Of a stretch of DNA of 54,621 nucleotides, positions 1 to 8,886 are shown one piece after another. The first letter of the stretch is position 1. Each line of letters begins with the position of its first letter. The notes below the pieces were generated by a model. That model saw only the letters and a program-made list of their open reading frames with translations, did no database searches and was not told the origin of the DNA. Source of the DNA: a virus (lineage: Duplodnaviria; Heunggongvirae; Uroviricota; Caudoviricetes); IMG/VR virus record IMGVR_UViG_3300037455_000816, one strand, 5' to 3'. The translations under genes were made by a program, and so were the position numbers.

Positions 1-12
1 TCCTTCTTCAAG

Positions 13-127
13 GCAAGTAAAAGGCTATACAGATAAAGGTCGTACCGATGACATAAAAAAAAGATCACATGGACACAATGAGACTCAGAATCAAAAGTAA
101 AAGCTTCCAGAACAGGAAACCCGATAA
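13..127 (+). repeat. ~115-bp non-coding direct repeat, copy 1 (copy 2 at 37806-37919)
   Basis: GCAAGTAAAAGGCTATACAG...AAACCCGATAA matches copy 2 with 1 substitution and 1 indel. Confidence 0.95.
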
Positions 128-340
128 ACTCAGACAAGCGCAGCGTGAAAATGTGACCGACAATGATAAAAGGTAACGGGAACTTAACCAACTCCCAAGC
201 AAAAAAACTTCGATTATGGAGCATCTGACAGACTTTGAGCTGGTATTGGTAGGAGCCAGCATCGCAACAATCTTCTTCGGGATCAATACCTTCGTCAAGG
301 AGATCTACCTTCCCATGTTTCACCGTAAGCACAAGGTAGC

Positions 341-604
341 ATGAGCCAGAGCCAGACAACAACGATCCAACAAGAGGTGAACACCATCCTGCGGGATGGC
401 CACCTCTTAGGAAACACCGACGTGAAGGTGTCAGGCTCCGAGGTGACGATCTGGCTTTTCTGGAGCGAGAGCAAAACCGGACACGAGACCCTGCAAAGGC
501 TGATGTTCCAGAACGGCTTTTTCTTCAAGGAGGCAGAGGTGACGGAATCGAACGACACCGAGCGGTTCAGCGCAAAGCACACCTTCATACGGATGGCAGC
601 ATAA
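341..604 (+). CDS. hypothetical protein
   Basis: 87 aa, first of a tightly packed + strand run with AT-rich 5' UTRs. Confidence 0.7.
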   Translation: MSQSQTTTIQQEVNTILRDGHLLGNTDVKVSGSEVTIWLFWSESKTGHETLQRLMFQNGFFFKEAEVTESNDTERFSAKHTFIRMAA

Positions 605-634
605 CAGTAATAATAATATAAAACAAGCAAGATT

Positions 635-823
635 ATGACAAAGAAATTCAACGTATCAGTGGACATCACCGTTTCGGCCACCGTAGAGGTGGAAGCCGAA
701 AACGCGGAAGAGGCAAAGACCATCGCCCGTAACTATGTCGGCGACGACTACCAGTATTATTGCCGCGAGGCCGAGAGCATGGCATCATGCGAGGTGACCG
801 GCGTAGAAGAAGCTAATCAGTAA
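635..823 (+). CDS. hypothetical protein (small, acidic)
   Basis: 62 aa, operon context, element-like codon usage. Confidence 0.7.
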   Translation: MTKKFNVSVDITVSATVEVEAENAEEAKTIARNYVGDDYQYYCREAESMASCEVTGVEEANQ

Positions 824-843
824 CCCCTTAACACCGTACAACT

Positions 844-1176
844 ATGGCAGTAACAGTATGGATCAGCTTCGCAGCAAACATCTACTCCAACCAGTACCTG
901 AACAACGCGGCAGCACAGATAGGCAAAACCCGCTGTCTGGTATCTGGCCGGAACGAGAAAGAGCTGCTGCTGAAGATCAAGGAAAAGATATGGGCTATGT
1001 CATCCGAGGCCACCATCGAGGACGAACAGATAGCCAGGACGTATAACCAGTGGATCGCCGACAACTGGCACTGGACGAAAGTCCCCACCGAGATCTCCAA
1101 CGCCTTCATACGGGATATGCGCTTCGCACTCCCCTACTCACAGGACTTTAAGGACTGGCTCAGAAAGAACAACTAA
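844..1176 (+). CDS. hypothetical protein
   Basis: 110 aa, operon context. Confidence 0.7.
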   Translation: MAVTVWISFAANIYSNQYLNNAAAQIGKTRCLVSGRNEKELLLKIKEKIWAMSSEATIEDEQIARTYNQWIADNWHWTKVPTEISNAFIRDMRFALPYSQDFKDWLRKNN

Positions 1177-1202
1177 TAAATAACTTAAATATCATTACGA
1201 AA

Positions 1203-1541
1203 ATGGCAACGACGAATGACATCAGGATCTCTGCTCCCCACACCTCCATCTGGGGACCGATCCAGCACCAGAAAAAACTCGCCAACGGCGTGTATAGCGT
1301 AGATACGGCCTCCCACGGCGGCATCATGGTACACGTCTCAGTGGCCGACCTCTACATCAGCCAGAAGGCGAAGGATATCATCAAATATCCCGAAAAAGGC
1401 TGGTGGCACTTCGAGGAAGACTGCGACTGGGCGATCTTCGCACACGAAAACCGCGACATCATCCCCGAAAAGTGGATCCCCTACATCGAGAACGCTTTGC
1501 GAAATTACTATCCTGAATTTCTTGAATCATCAAACAAATAG
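1203..1541 (+). CDS. DUF7007-like protein
   Basis: Motifs WGPIQ...DTASHGG...HFEEDCDWAI recalled from this MGE family. Confidence 0.6.
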   Translation: MATTNDIRISAPHTSIWGPIQHQKKLANGVYSVDTASHGGIMVHVSVADLYISQKAKDIIKYPEKGWWHFEEDCDWAIFAHENRDIIPEKWIPYIENALRNYYPEFLESSNK

Positions 1542-1546
1542 CAGCT

Positions 1547-1780
1547 ATGAAACAGACAAAGAAGGAGGTCTATCTGGCCACACTCCAGAACGGCAAACGC
1601 CTCATGGTCATCCCAGAGGAACGCCCCGAATGGGACACCACGCTCACCGAGAAGAAGCGCATCATCATCGATGACCTGAACAAGAAACTGGATAACAAGG
1701 TGGTCGCCCTGAAGTTCTACGGCATCGCCGAGATCGACAAGACAGGCCGCTACAACCACAAGAGAGAAGACAACCAATAG
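1547..1780 (+). CDS. hypothetical protein
   Basis: 77 aa, operon context. Confidence 0.7.
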   Translation: MKQTKKEVYLATLQNGKRLMVIPEERPEWDTTLTEKKRIIIDDLNKKLDNKVVALKFYGIAEIDKTGRYNHKREDNQ

Positions 1781-1808
1781 TAATAACATTTCAAAAAACG
1801 ACAGTGAT

Positions 1809-2141
1809 ATGAAAAAGTTCAGACTGTACCAGATCAAGCGCGACGCAAAAGGCTCGCATGACATCAAGTTTTCGTCCTTGGAGTTCCTGAAGAAGCATAA
1901 GCTCATGAAGAAGCTCACGCCAGACCTCTACGGCTTCGTCTATGAGGGAACGACGGCAGGCGAGGACACCGACGAAATGCTGGAGGATATTTTTATGCGG
2001 TTCCAGGGCATGAAGCCCGAAGGGTTCAACGGTCACAGCGTCAGCACCTCCGACGTGGTGGTGATGGACGGTAAGACCTACTACTGTGATGATTTCGGAT
2101 GGAAGGAAATAGATCTCGACCTTAGCAGCGTAGGACAATGA
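1809..2141 (+). CDS. YodL-like domain protein
   Basis: FRLYQIK...VYEG...LEDIFMRFQ..KPEGFNGHSVSTSDVVV...YYCDDFGW matches the YodL motif. Confidence 0.8.
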   Translation: MKKFRLYQIKRDAKGSHDIKFSSLEFLKKHKLMKKLTPDLYGFVYEGTTAGEDTDEMLEDIFMRFQGMKPEGFNGHSVSTSDVVVMDGKTYYCDDFGWKEIDLDLSSVGQ

Positions 2142-2443
2142 AACTGACACTCACAGACATCCACACAGGACGGCAGATGACCGTCCTCTACGAGAACACC
2201 TTACTCCCGGCACTGGGAGAGGACGGGCTGCAGTACTTCATCTTTTCGACCGTTACACACAATGGCCAGCCGCGCACGGACTGTACGGTGGTCGATATGA
2301 CCCATAAGCTGGCCATCAGTCCGGTGAAATACCCCTATAAGGGTATTGATCGCGTAGAGTTCATATTTGACAAGGAAACCTTCGAGAAAGCAGACTCCAT
2401 CCCTGAATATACCCGCCTGCTGCGCGAGAAGAAGATTATTTAA
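2138..2443 (+). CDS. hypothetical protein
   Basis: 101 aa, ATGA overlap with upstream stop. Confidence 0.7.
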   Translation: MKLTLTDIHTGRQMTVLYENTLLPALGEDGLQYFIFSTVTHNGQPRTDCTVVDMTHKLAISPVKYPYKGIDRVEFIFDKETFEKADSIPEYTRLLREKKII

Positions 2444-2469
2444 TATTGGATATATAAAAATACGATAAT

Positions 2470-2862
2470 ATGGAAGTGAAACTGTATAAGGTGATCCGTC
2501 TCTGCGACGGCATCATGGAAGAGCGGTACAAAGGTACATACAAGCAGTGCCAGAAGTGGATAGCACACCGTGGCGACACTGGCCGCGCCTACTATCAGAT
2601 CACCGACCCTGAGACGGTGGATGTGAACAAAGAAGCCAAGCGGCTGGGCAAGGAAATCCTTGGCTTCATCCGCGAGAACCAGAAGAAGGACGCTAAGGTC
2701 GCCGAGATCCGCAAGGTCATGCGCTGTCAGCGTCATATCATCAGCGACAAGAACACCACAGCGGAAGAGGAGCGCGAGGCACGTAAGGCCCTCAAAGACC
2801 TGAAGCGCCAGCTCTTCGCCCGCTTCCGCGAGATTGCACAAGAGACAGTAATGAAACTCTAA
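2470..2862 (+). CDS. hypothetical protein
   Basis: 130 aa, operon context. Confidence 0.7.
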   Translation: MEVKLYKVIRLCDGIMEERYKGTYKQCQKWIAHRGDTGRAYYQITDPETVDVNKEAKRLGKEILGFIRENQKKDAKVAEIRKVMRCQRHIISDKNTTAEEEREARKALKDLKRQLFARFREIAQETVMKL

Positions 2863-2875
2863 AAGATATTAGCCT

Positions 2876-3208
2876 ATGAAGAATGTAGTGAAAGATATGG
2901 AACGCTTCGCCGAGGCCGTGAACACCATCGAGGAGCTGCTGCCTAACGTCAGGGGCTATCTGGTGATGGCGATGGATAAGGAGAAGAACGGCGTACTGGC
3001 ACAGCGGATGTGGCAGTTCATCAGCTCGCAGAACGTTTCCACCCGCCTGAAGAACGTCGTGGGACTGCTGGCGACATCAGACATGACCGTCCTCGAATTT
3101 ATCGAGGCGTACCCTAAGATGAAGTTCGTGAAGTCGCGCAACTGCGGCAAAGAGACCGTGCGCGAGCTGGAACGGCTCTTCCAGAATAACCTCGTTCATT
3201 GGAAATAA
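2876..3208 (+). CDS. protein with RNA polymerase alpha-CTD-like (HhH) C-terminal domain
   Basis: VSTRLKNVV...MTVLEFI...KFVKSRNCGKETVRELERLF aligns with alpha-CTD LTVRSANCL...IGDLV...[20 protein letters not shown]. Confidence 0.65.
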   Translation: MKNVVKDMERFAEAVNTIEELLPNVRGYLVMAMDKEKNGVLAQRMWQFISSQNVSTRLKNVVGLLATSDMTVLEFIEAYPKMKFVKSRNCGKETVRELERLFQNNLVHWK

Positions 3209-3221
3209 AACCCTCACAGCC

Positions 3222-3380
3222 ATGACAGTCACATCTTGGACGGATCTCAATGCGCTGGAACAGGCTCTGGATATGTTTCTGGAGAAGGCCAGCCCGAAAA
3301 AAAACAGCTGCTACCCCGATGCCCGCCGCCTGCTGGCAGAGGTACGCAAGGAACTCATAAAGGCAACTGATAATCTGTAA
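3222..3380 (+). CDS. small hypothetical protein (52 aa; not in ORF track)
   Basis: ATG-TAA ORF MTVTSWTDLNALEQ... fills the operon gap. Confidence 0.6.
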   Translation: MTVTSWTDLNALEQALDMFLEKASPKKNSCYPDARRLLAEVRKELIKATDNL

Positions 3381-3386
3381 ACGAAT

Positions 3387-3665
3387 ATGACAAAGGTTAA
3401 CATCAACTCCCAGACCCAGCACACCGGCCTCGCCGGTCTCTGCTACGTGTACGCAAAGAACAAGTGGATGCGCCAGTTCAAGGCGTTTGACCTCGACGGC
3501 TTCTTCGTGGCCAACCTCATATTCTGCTCGATGATAGCAGACAACGAGGAGAACCGCCGCAAACTCCAGGAGGTAGCCGACGAGTACGCCGGAGCCGAAT
3601 GGCAGTTCCAGCTCCGTAACCCACAGACGAAGGGCATCCTCTACACAACGAGTCTGGCAGCATAA
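3387..3665 (+). CDS. hypothetical protein
   Basis: 92 aa, operon context. Confidence 0.7.
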   Translation: MTKVNINSQTQHTGLAGLCYVYAKNKWMRQFKAFDLDGFFVANLIFCSMIADNEENRRKLQEVADEYAGAEWQFQLRNPQTKGILYTTSLAA

Positions 3666-3681
3666 TAAAAATTCTACTGAT

Positions 3682-3930
3682 ATGGTAATCATCAACGGAC
3701 ATAAGTTCTACGAGGTGCCGCACTCCTGCGGAAGCTGCCCGTTCATGCTGACAGGCAACACCGACGTGCCGAAGGTCGGCCACCACTGTGACCGGGGGCT
3801 GTGCATCCAGTGGAACGAGTCACACCACACCTGGGCGAACATCCCGCGCCGCTGTGCAAAGCTCTTCAAACAGGCTTTCGCCCTGTATGACGACAGCGGA
3901 GAGAACCTTGTGATCACATCAAAAGATTAA
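3682..3930 (+). CDS. Cys/His-rich hypothetical protein
   Basis: CGSCPF...HHCDRGLC...RRC pattern. Confidence 0.7.
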   Translation: MVIINGHKFYEVPHSCGSCPFMLTGNTDVPKVGHHCDRGLCIQWNESHHTWANIPRRCAKLFKQAFALYDDSGENLVITSKD

Positions 3931-3963
3931 GAACAGTTTAAGAACCCTTTAAGAATAAACATT

Positions 3964-4500
3964 ATGGATTACGAACTTACAAACCCCGTGCCGCAAAGCG
4001 GTGACAAGATCCGTATCACGGCAGCAAAAAACACCTACACAGAGTGGAAGGTAGGTGACATCGTGGAGGTGGTGGCCGGTAAGCCCGACTACTGGGGGAA
4101 ACCCGGCTTCTGCGCCTACACAAACAAGGACAGAGGCTACCGCCAGCGCAGCCGTAAGATCTGGGCAGGCCAGAACTCCTACGACTGGGAGATTATCGAA
4201 CGTGAGGGCAAGCCCTACACCTCCCCGGCCAAGAGAGCCGTAGCACGTAGCCAAGCTTTAAACCCTGAGACACGCGAGAAATATATCAAGTTCGCGCTGT
4301 CTAACATCCTGAAGAACGAATCCCTGACCCGCGTGATGACCACCATCAAGGGTGATGGTGTCGCCGTCAAGCAGACGGCCAAGGACTTCGTGACCCTGGC
4401 AGCCGCCATCGCAGACGAGATGATCCGCGAGGTCAACGGCTTGCCCGAAGATGAAGAATCCGAATCGGATAACGATGAATCAGAGTTAAGTGATAACTAA
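3964..4500 (+). CDS. hypothetical protein
   Basis: 178 aa, acidic tail. Confidence 0.7.
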   Translation: MDYELTNPVPQSGDKIRITAAKNTYTEWKVGDIVEVVAGKPDYWGKPGFCAYTNKDRGYRQRSRKIWAGQNSYDWEIIEREGKPYTSPAKRAVARSQALNPETREKYIKFALSNILKNESLTRVMTTIKGDGVAVKQTAKDFVTLAAAIADEMIREVNGLPEDEESESDNDESELSDN

Positions 4501-5671
4501 ACCCCTTACCACTATGGCAAAGTTCCAACCCATCAGAGTGAACCACTCTACACGTCCGGAGGACATCATCGCAACCATGCGCGAGGAAATGCCCTCAGAA
4601 TACTATTTCTTCCGCAAGAATTTCGGCGGCAGACAGAAATACTACAAATACGAAGACCAGATGCTCGACAAGGCTCTGGAGGAGAAAAAAGACCAGTACA
4701 CCGATATTCACAGCCATATCTCGAAGGCCGGGAACCGATGGCTTGTATATACGCAGGCGCAGTATTTCCCCAAGGCCATCTACGCACAGGCGTTTCAGTA
4801 CTCCTTCATCTACTATGAGACAATGGCCTCCTGCGGGGCTTTCTTCCCCACCTTCGACCAGGTGGAGTATAAGAAGAAAGGCAAGGAGCGTCGTAAGCAC
4901 GAGGCGAAGCCGACGGGTGTGATCATCTTCACCGCCCATTTCTTCTACCAGATGTCCGAGCGGACGGGCAAAGCCTACCGCTCGAAGGAACTGATCAAGG
5001 AGTTCATATCCACCAAGTGCGAACACGCGATACAGGCCGACGAGGACGGCGAGGTGATCGCCAAGTTCAAGGGAGGGTACGGCTTCGGCGTACAGCTCAG
5101 TGAGAACCCAAGGGTCTTCGAGATACGCACCTTCCTGAAGGACACGCAGCTCAACGGCAAGCAGCGGCGCAAAGTGGAGCCGCTGGATGCCATGTACGAG
5201 CTGGGGCGTGACGGCACGTTCATGAGCGAGGTGGCCATACATACGGCCATCAACCAGTACGACAACGACAAGGAACAACTCATCAAGGACAATATGAGAA
5301 AGTTCGAGGCAATAAAGAAGCTGGGGCTGGAGAAACGGCTGATCCTTCACTCGCTCTGCTTCGTGACCTACGTGAAGATCCTGAAGCGTCTCATAACGGA
5401 GGATATCACCCCGTCGCAGGAAATGGTCATCAGCCACTTCATCGGCAACCACGCCAGAAGCTTCGTGGAGAAATACGAGGATGCCGACCTCCAGCACCTG
5501 AGCTTGGAGAATGATAAGGAAATGTGCAATGAGATCGTGGACGTGATGACCGCCGCCGCCAAGGAGATGAAGATTCGCTCGCTGACACGCGACCGGCTGC
5601 AGGCGGCCTTCAACGACATCCTGCGCGAGGCCCACGAGGAGAGTTTGCAGCAACAGCAGAAACTTAATTAA
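4490..5671 (+). CDS. hypothetical protein, paralog of 6348-7154 (start may be 4514)
   Basis: 393 aa; shares S-x-x-PE N-terminal motif, H-[FY]-F-x-[QR]-x-x-ER and TF-x5-L-x3-Q motifs with 6348-7154. Confidence 0.75.
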   Translation: MITKPLTTMAKFQPIRVNHSTRPEDIIATMREEMPSEYYFFRKNFGGRQKYYKYEDQMLDKALEEKKDQYTDIHSHISKAGNRWLVYTQAQYFPKAIYAQAFQYSFIYYETMASCGAFFPTFDQVEYKKKGKERRKHEAKPTGVIIFTAHFFYQMSERTGKAYRSKELIKEFISTKCEHAIQADEDGEVIAKFKGGYGFGVQLSENPRVFEIRTFLKDTQLNGKQRRKVEPLDAMYELGRDGTFMSEVAIHTAINQYDNDKEQLIKDNMRKFEAIKKLGLEKRLILHSLCFVTYVKILKRLITEDITPSQEMVISHFIGNHARSFVEKYEDADLQHLSLENDKEMCNEIVDVMTAAAKEMKIRSLTRDRLQAAFNDILREAHEESLQQQQKLN

Positions 5672-5683
5672 ATTCCATGTGCC

Positions 5684-6220
5684 ATGTACGAGAGACGAGA
5701 AGAGTTCGGATATATGACGGTGCTTTCGGCAGACTGGGAATCCCACAAGGTGATCCGTCTTTCCTTCCGCGAACGGCCTACGCCCAAGCAGATGGTACGC
5801 CATGCCGTCGCCATCGCCAAGCGGTATAACGCACCGATCACCAAGCCGCTGGAGTTCATTCCCGACGAAATGGGCGGGAAGTTCCTCTTCGAGGTGGACT
5901 GTCACAACCTCACCTATAAGTATTTCTTCGACGGCGGGCGGCTCCAGAACTGCAAGGACGAGAAGATCACGGCTGCTGACATCAAGCGGTACAAGGAGAA
6001 ATTCGGGACGGACAGGTGTATCGACAAGTCCTTCAAGAAAAAGTTCTGGTACACCGACAACTGGACGGGAAAGGTGAAGGAGTTCAAGACCGTCAAGGCC
6101 GCCGTGGAAGCCGCCAACCAGGAGGTGGGCTGGCTCATAGACATCTACACCAACTACCCCTGCGGCAAGCCGTCAGCCCTGCTGGTGAGGACGGAGGCCA
6201 TCGGCTTCATGCCTCCCTGA
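5684..6220 (+). CDS. hypothetical protein
   Basis: 178 aa, operon context. Confidence 0.7.
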   Translation: MYERREEFGYMTVLSADWESHKVIRLSFRERPTPKQMVRHAVAIAKRYNAPITKPLEFIPDEMGGKFLFEVDCHNLTYKYFFDGGRLQNCKDEKITAADIKRYKEKFGTDRCIDKSFKKKFWYTDNWTGKVKEFKTVKAAVEAANQEVGWLIDIYTNYPCGKPSALLVRTEAIGFMPP

Positions 6221-6300
6221 AATATCTAAGAAAACCTTGATATTGGCCAAATATCAGGTTTTTTGTCCAGTACGACGTACTTAATGGATATTTCTACTTT

Positions 6301-6325
6301 CATATTTTCATATATACGATAATAT
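6301..6325 (+). promoter_or_regulatory. conserved upstream motif CATATTTTCATATATACGATAATAT
   Basis: Identical 25-mer at 39188-39212; 15-nt core also at 36068-36082 and 38099-38113. Confidence 0.7.
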
Positions 6326-6347
6326 AATCATCTTAAAACATTCAAAT

Positions 6348-7154
6348 ATGATATTACAGTCAATGACACCCGAAGAGAAGATACGGCAGATGGAGAAGCT
6401 TCAGCCCTACGTGAAGACGCTCGCGGCACGGGCGGCCCAGAAGGACTTCAACGCCCTGAAACGGGCGACACGCTATCCTGCCTATCTCTTCCTGCCTGAG
6501 AAGGATATCACCGGCATGGGGAAATGGACGGTGGTAGTGGTGGCAGACACCCGGGGAAACGTGATGAAAGGACAGTACACCTATCTGGCCTTCCAGACCT
6601 TCCATGTGACACACTCCAAAAACCCGATCAACAACGGCAAGGGCATCTGGGTATGCCATCCGCAGATCGGCCTCGGTGTCTGGTGCAACGAGTACCCGCC
6701 GCACTATTTCAGCCGCCTGCGTGAACGGCTCATAGAGCCTCGCGGCATCGTACAGCCCGACTTTCTCCAGCTGGTGAGAGAACTGTTCCGGCTCCACCAT
6801 CATTCAATGAACGTCATCAACGAGGGAACGGCCATCAAGAAAGGCGAGGACGGCCTCTATGACGTGGTGAAGGACGAGAGCCTGCAACGGCAGCCGGGTT
6901 ACGATAACTTCGCGTCGTACCACAAGGAGGGTATCAGTCTGGGCGTGTGCTTCAAACGCAGGTACTACCTTCATACGACCTTCGTTTCCAACGATCTGCT
7001 GAAGCGGAGCCAGGTCGAAATGCAGAAGGAGAACCTTGCGGAAGCCAGCAACCATGACTTCCGGCTGAGATACGACAAGGAGGCTACCTTCATGGAAGAG
7101 AAGGCCGTAGATGGTCATGTGGAGTTTGGACTGGAGAGAAAACCCAAGAAATAG
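6348..7154 (+). CDS. hypothetical protein, paralog of 4490-5671, directly upstream of array locus A
   Basis: 268 aa; MILQSMTPEE..., EYPPHYFSRLRER, HTTFVSNDLLKRSQ. Confidence 0.75.
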   Translation: MILQSMTPEEKIRQMEKLQPYVKTLAARAAQKDFNALKRATRYPAYLFLPEKDITGMGKWTVVVVADTRGNVMKGQYTYLAFQTFHVTHSKNPINNGKGIWVCHPQIGLGVWCNEYPPHYFSRLRERLIEPRGIVQPDFLQLVRELFRLHHHSMNVINEGTAIKKGEDGLYDVVKDESLQRQPGYDNFASYHKEGISLGVCFKRRYYLHTTFVSNDLLKRSQVEMQKENLAEASNHDFRLRYDKEATFMEEKAVDGHVEFGLERKPKK

Positions 7155-7208
7155 CGGTTTTTTCGTGAAAAAATGCAAAAGGAAACGGGATAATTCAGAA
7201 TTTTTCCG

Positions 7209-7216
7209 TACCTTTG
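7209..7216 (+). promoter_or_regulatory. Bacteroidota -7 promoter element upstream of array locus A
   Basis: TACCTTTG fits TAnnTTTG, 28 nt before scaffold S1; no clear -33 TTTG. Confidence 0.6.
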
Positions 7217-7244
7217 CAGACAGAAACCATAATGATAAAAATAT

Positions 7245-7313
7245 CGGGTCGGCTGTACGACCTTATGGTGAGGGTACGACCACTCACTAAGATGCTTAAA
7301 GACATCACGCAGC
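7245..7313 (+). ncRNA. guide-RNA-like scaffold S1 (69 nt)
   Basis: CGGGTCG-GCTGTA-CGACC / TGGTGAG..CTCACTA / GATG..CATC / ACGCAGC; homologous to five other copies with compensatory changes. Confidence 0.8.
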
Positions 7314-7420
7314 ATACGAGGCAGTATTGTAATTTTTACGGCTAAGATGCTGAAAGTATCATGCAGCCCCAAGAGGCTATGCTTAATATGTAAGCATCAT
7401 GCAGCCACAGGAGGCCATGC
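7314..7420 (+). CRISPR. degenerate mini-array A1 (short GATGCT/AGCATC-type repeats)
   Basis: 27-nt spacer, repeats 7341-7367 and 7376-7405 ending ATGCAGC, separated by 8-nt intervals CCCAAGAG and CACAGGAG. Confidence 0.5.
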
Positions 7421-7473
7421 TTTATTTATAGAAATACAAATCGGGATCATCCCGAATGAACATAAATACAATT

Positions 7474-7542
7474 CGGGCGGGCTATACCGCCTCATGTGGA
7501 GGGTATCACCACTCCATAAGCCTTGAAAAAGGCCTATACAGC
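7474..7542 (+). ncRNA. guide-RNA-like scaffold S2 (69 nt)
   Basis: GGCGG-GCTATA-CCGCC / TGTGGAG..CTCCATA / GCCTT-GAAA-AAGGC / TATACAGC; preceded by hairpin TCGGGATCATCCCGA. Confidence 0.8.
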
Positions 7543-7793
7543 TCACGACTGTAGAAACCATCTTCTTCTGGGCTGTTAATCACCTTAATTTGAAAGGGTC
7601 ATACAGCACACAAAGGTCGGCTTTATTTCAAAAGTGCGCTGTTAATGACCTTAATCTGAAAGGATCATACAGCCAAGAGCACTTGTGAAGTACGTTGATG
7701 AAAGCTGTTAATGACCTTTAGTTGGAAGGAACATACAGCACAAGGAGAAAATGGAGGAGCCGTCAATAACCTTTTTATAAAGGCATATACAGC
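7543..7793 (+). CRISPR. CRISPR-like array A2, 36-nt type VI-B-like repeats
   Basis: Repeats 7572-7607, 7638-7673, 7704-7739 (GCTGTTAATGACCTTAATCTGAAAGGATCATACAGC consensus) and degenerate 35-nt 7759-7793; spacers 29, 30, 30, 19 nt. Confidence 0.9.
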
Positions 7794-7877
7794 TCAATCG
7801 CAAGAAGTTGAAAATACATGATGTGAATAAAGACGGCTGTTGTATTCACCTCAAATTAAACCAATTAAATATACGTT

Positions 7878-8129
7878 ATGCCAGAAAAGAAAATTTTCTT
7901 GCCCGACGCAGAAACAGCCGGGAAACTCATAGATAATGCCTGGAAGGAGTTCAACGAACAGATGAAAAAGGCTGGAATGAACTTCGAGGGTACGCAGGTG
8001 TTTGAACTTCTTCACGACATCTTTGTCGCTGGTTACTCCTTCGGTCATAATGACTGCCTGACTATCATCCGCGACCAGCTGGAGATAGATAACTGGATGC
8101 AGTACACCAAGACACTACGGAAGAACTGA
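7878..8129 (+). CDS. hypothetical protein between array loci
   Basis: 83 aa, AT-rich UTR, followed 4 nt later by next ORF. Confidence 0.7.
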   Translation: MPEKKIFLPDAETAGKLIDNAWKEFNEQMKKAGMNFEGTQVFELLHDIFVAGYSFGHNDCLTIIRDQLEIDNWMQYTKTLRKN

Positions 8130-8133
8130 CCTC

Positions 8134-8577
8134 ATGGCACAAGACGATAGCAACATCAGAGGATGGGGAAGAATCCTTGCGAATCCTGAAAGCCAAGACA
8201 GGCTTATGAGTGCCATGAAGCTGGCCGACGATATAAAACACGATCCAGAACGAGTCAGAATCCCCGACGGTATAGATATCCGGCATATCTTCTATTTCTA
8301 CGTCAAGGACAAAGAAAAAAGAGGAATGAAGGGCTGGGTGAACGGACAGGAGGTGTTTGGCGTTCTTTCAAAGAATGAAACCGCCGCACTGTTGAATGGC
8401 TTTATCACCAAGGAACAGGCGTTCATGGCCAACAAAGGCATCCATAATAAGGTACATGAGATTGCAGACAGTCTGGCATCCAACCGCCTACAGGAAGCAA
8501 AGCTTCTACAAGAGAACTACGATAGGCTGGAGAAGGAATCACAAGAACCTTCAAAAACCAGTCGATTAAAAATATAG
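8134..8577 (+). CDS. hypothetical protein between array loci
   Basis: 147 aa; stop lies 8 nt before scaffold S3. Confidence 0.7.
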   Translation: MAQDDSNIRGWGRILANPESQDRLMSAMKLADDIKHDPERVRIPDGIDIRHIFYFYVKDKEKRGMKGWVNGQEVFGVLSKNETAALLNGFITKEQAFMANKGIHNKVHEIADSLASNRLQEAKLLQENYDRLEKESQEPSKTSRLKI

Positions 8578-8585
8578 AATATCTA

Positions 8586-8654
8586 CGGGCCAGCTGATTG
8601 GCCTCATGTGGAGGGATCATCCACTCCGCAAGATGCTTTGAAGCGTCATACAGC
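8586..8654 (+). ncRNA. guide-RNA-like scaffold S3 (69 nt)
   Basis: GGCCA-GCTGAT-TGGCC / TGTGGAG..CTCCGCA / GATGCT..AGCGTC / ATACAGC. Confidence 0.8.
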
Positions 8655-8750
8655 TACGGAGTATGAGGACGAAATCAAGACTCTGGTGTTAAAGCACCAA
8701 AAATGTAAGCATCACACAGCTGAAGAGCGAGAAGGCTTAACAATACAACT
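8655..8750 (+). CRISPR. degenerate mini-array B1
   Basis: 30-nt spacer, degenerate 36-nt repeat 8685-8720 (GGTGTTAAAG...TGTAAGCATCACACAGC), then a further ~30-nt spacer. Confidence 0.55.
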
Positions 8751-8817
8751 GGTGCATATGCGCCAATACAAAGAAAGAACAAATCGGGAAACTCCCGTAT
8801 AGTAATAAAACTAATGT

Positions 8818-8886
8818 CGGGCGGGCTGTACCGCCTTATGGTGAGGGCCACGCCACTCACTAAGCCTTACAAAAGGTCAATACAGC
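8818..8886 (+). ncRNA. guide-RNA-like scaffold S4 (69 nt)
   Basis: First 31 nt identical to S5 (23933 minus); CCTT-ACAA-AAGG stem; ends AATACAGC; preceded by hairpin TCGGGAAACTCCCG. Confidence 0.85.

Noticed and set aside
65-298. 77-aa minus-strand ORF at the window start
   Set aside because: Overlaps the non-coding 115-bp direct repeat; frame not conserved in copy 2 (indel)
8608-8802. 64-aa ORF in locus B
   Set aside because: Overlaps scaffold S3, spacers and a repeat; better explained as array sequence
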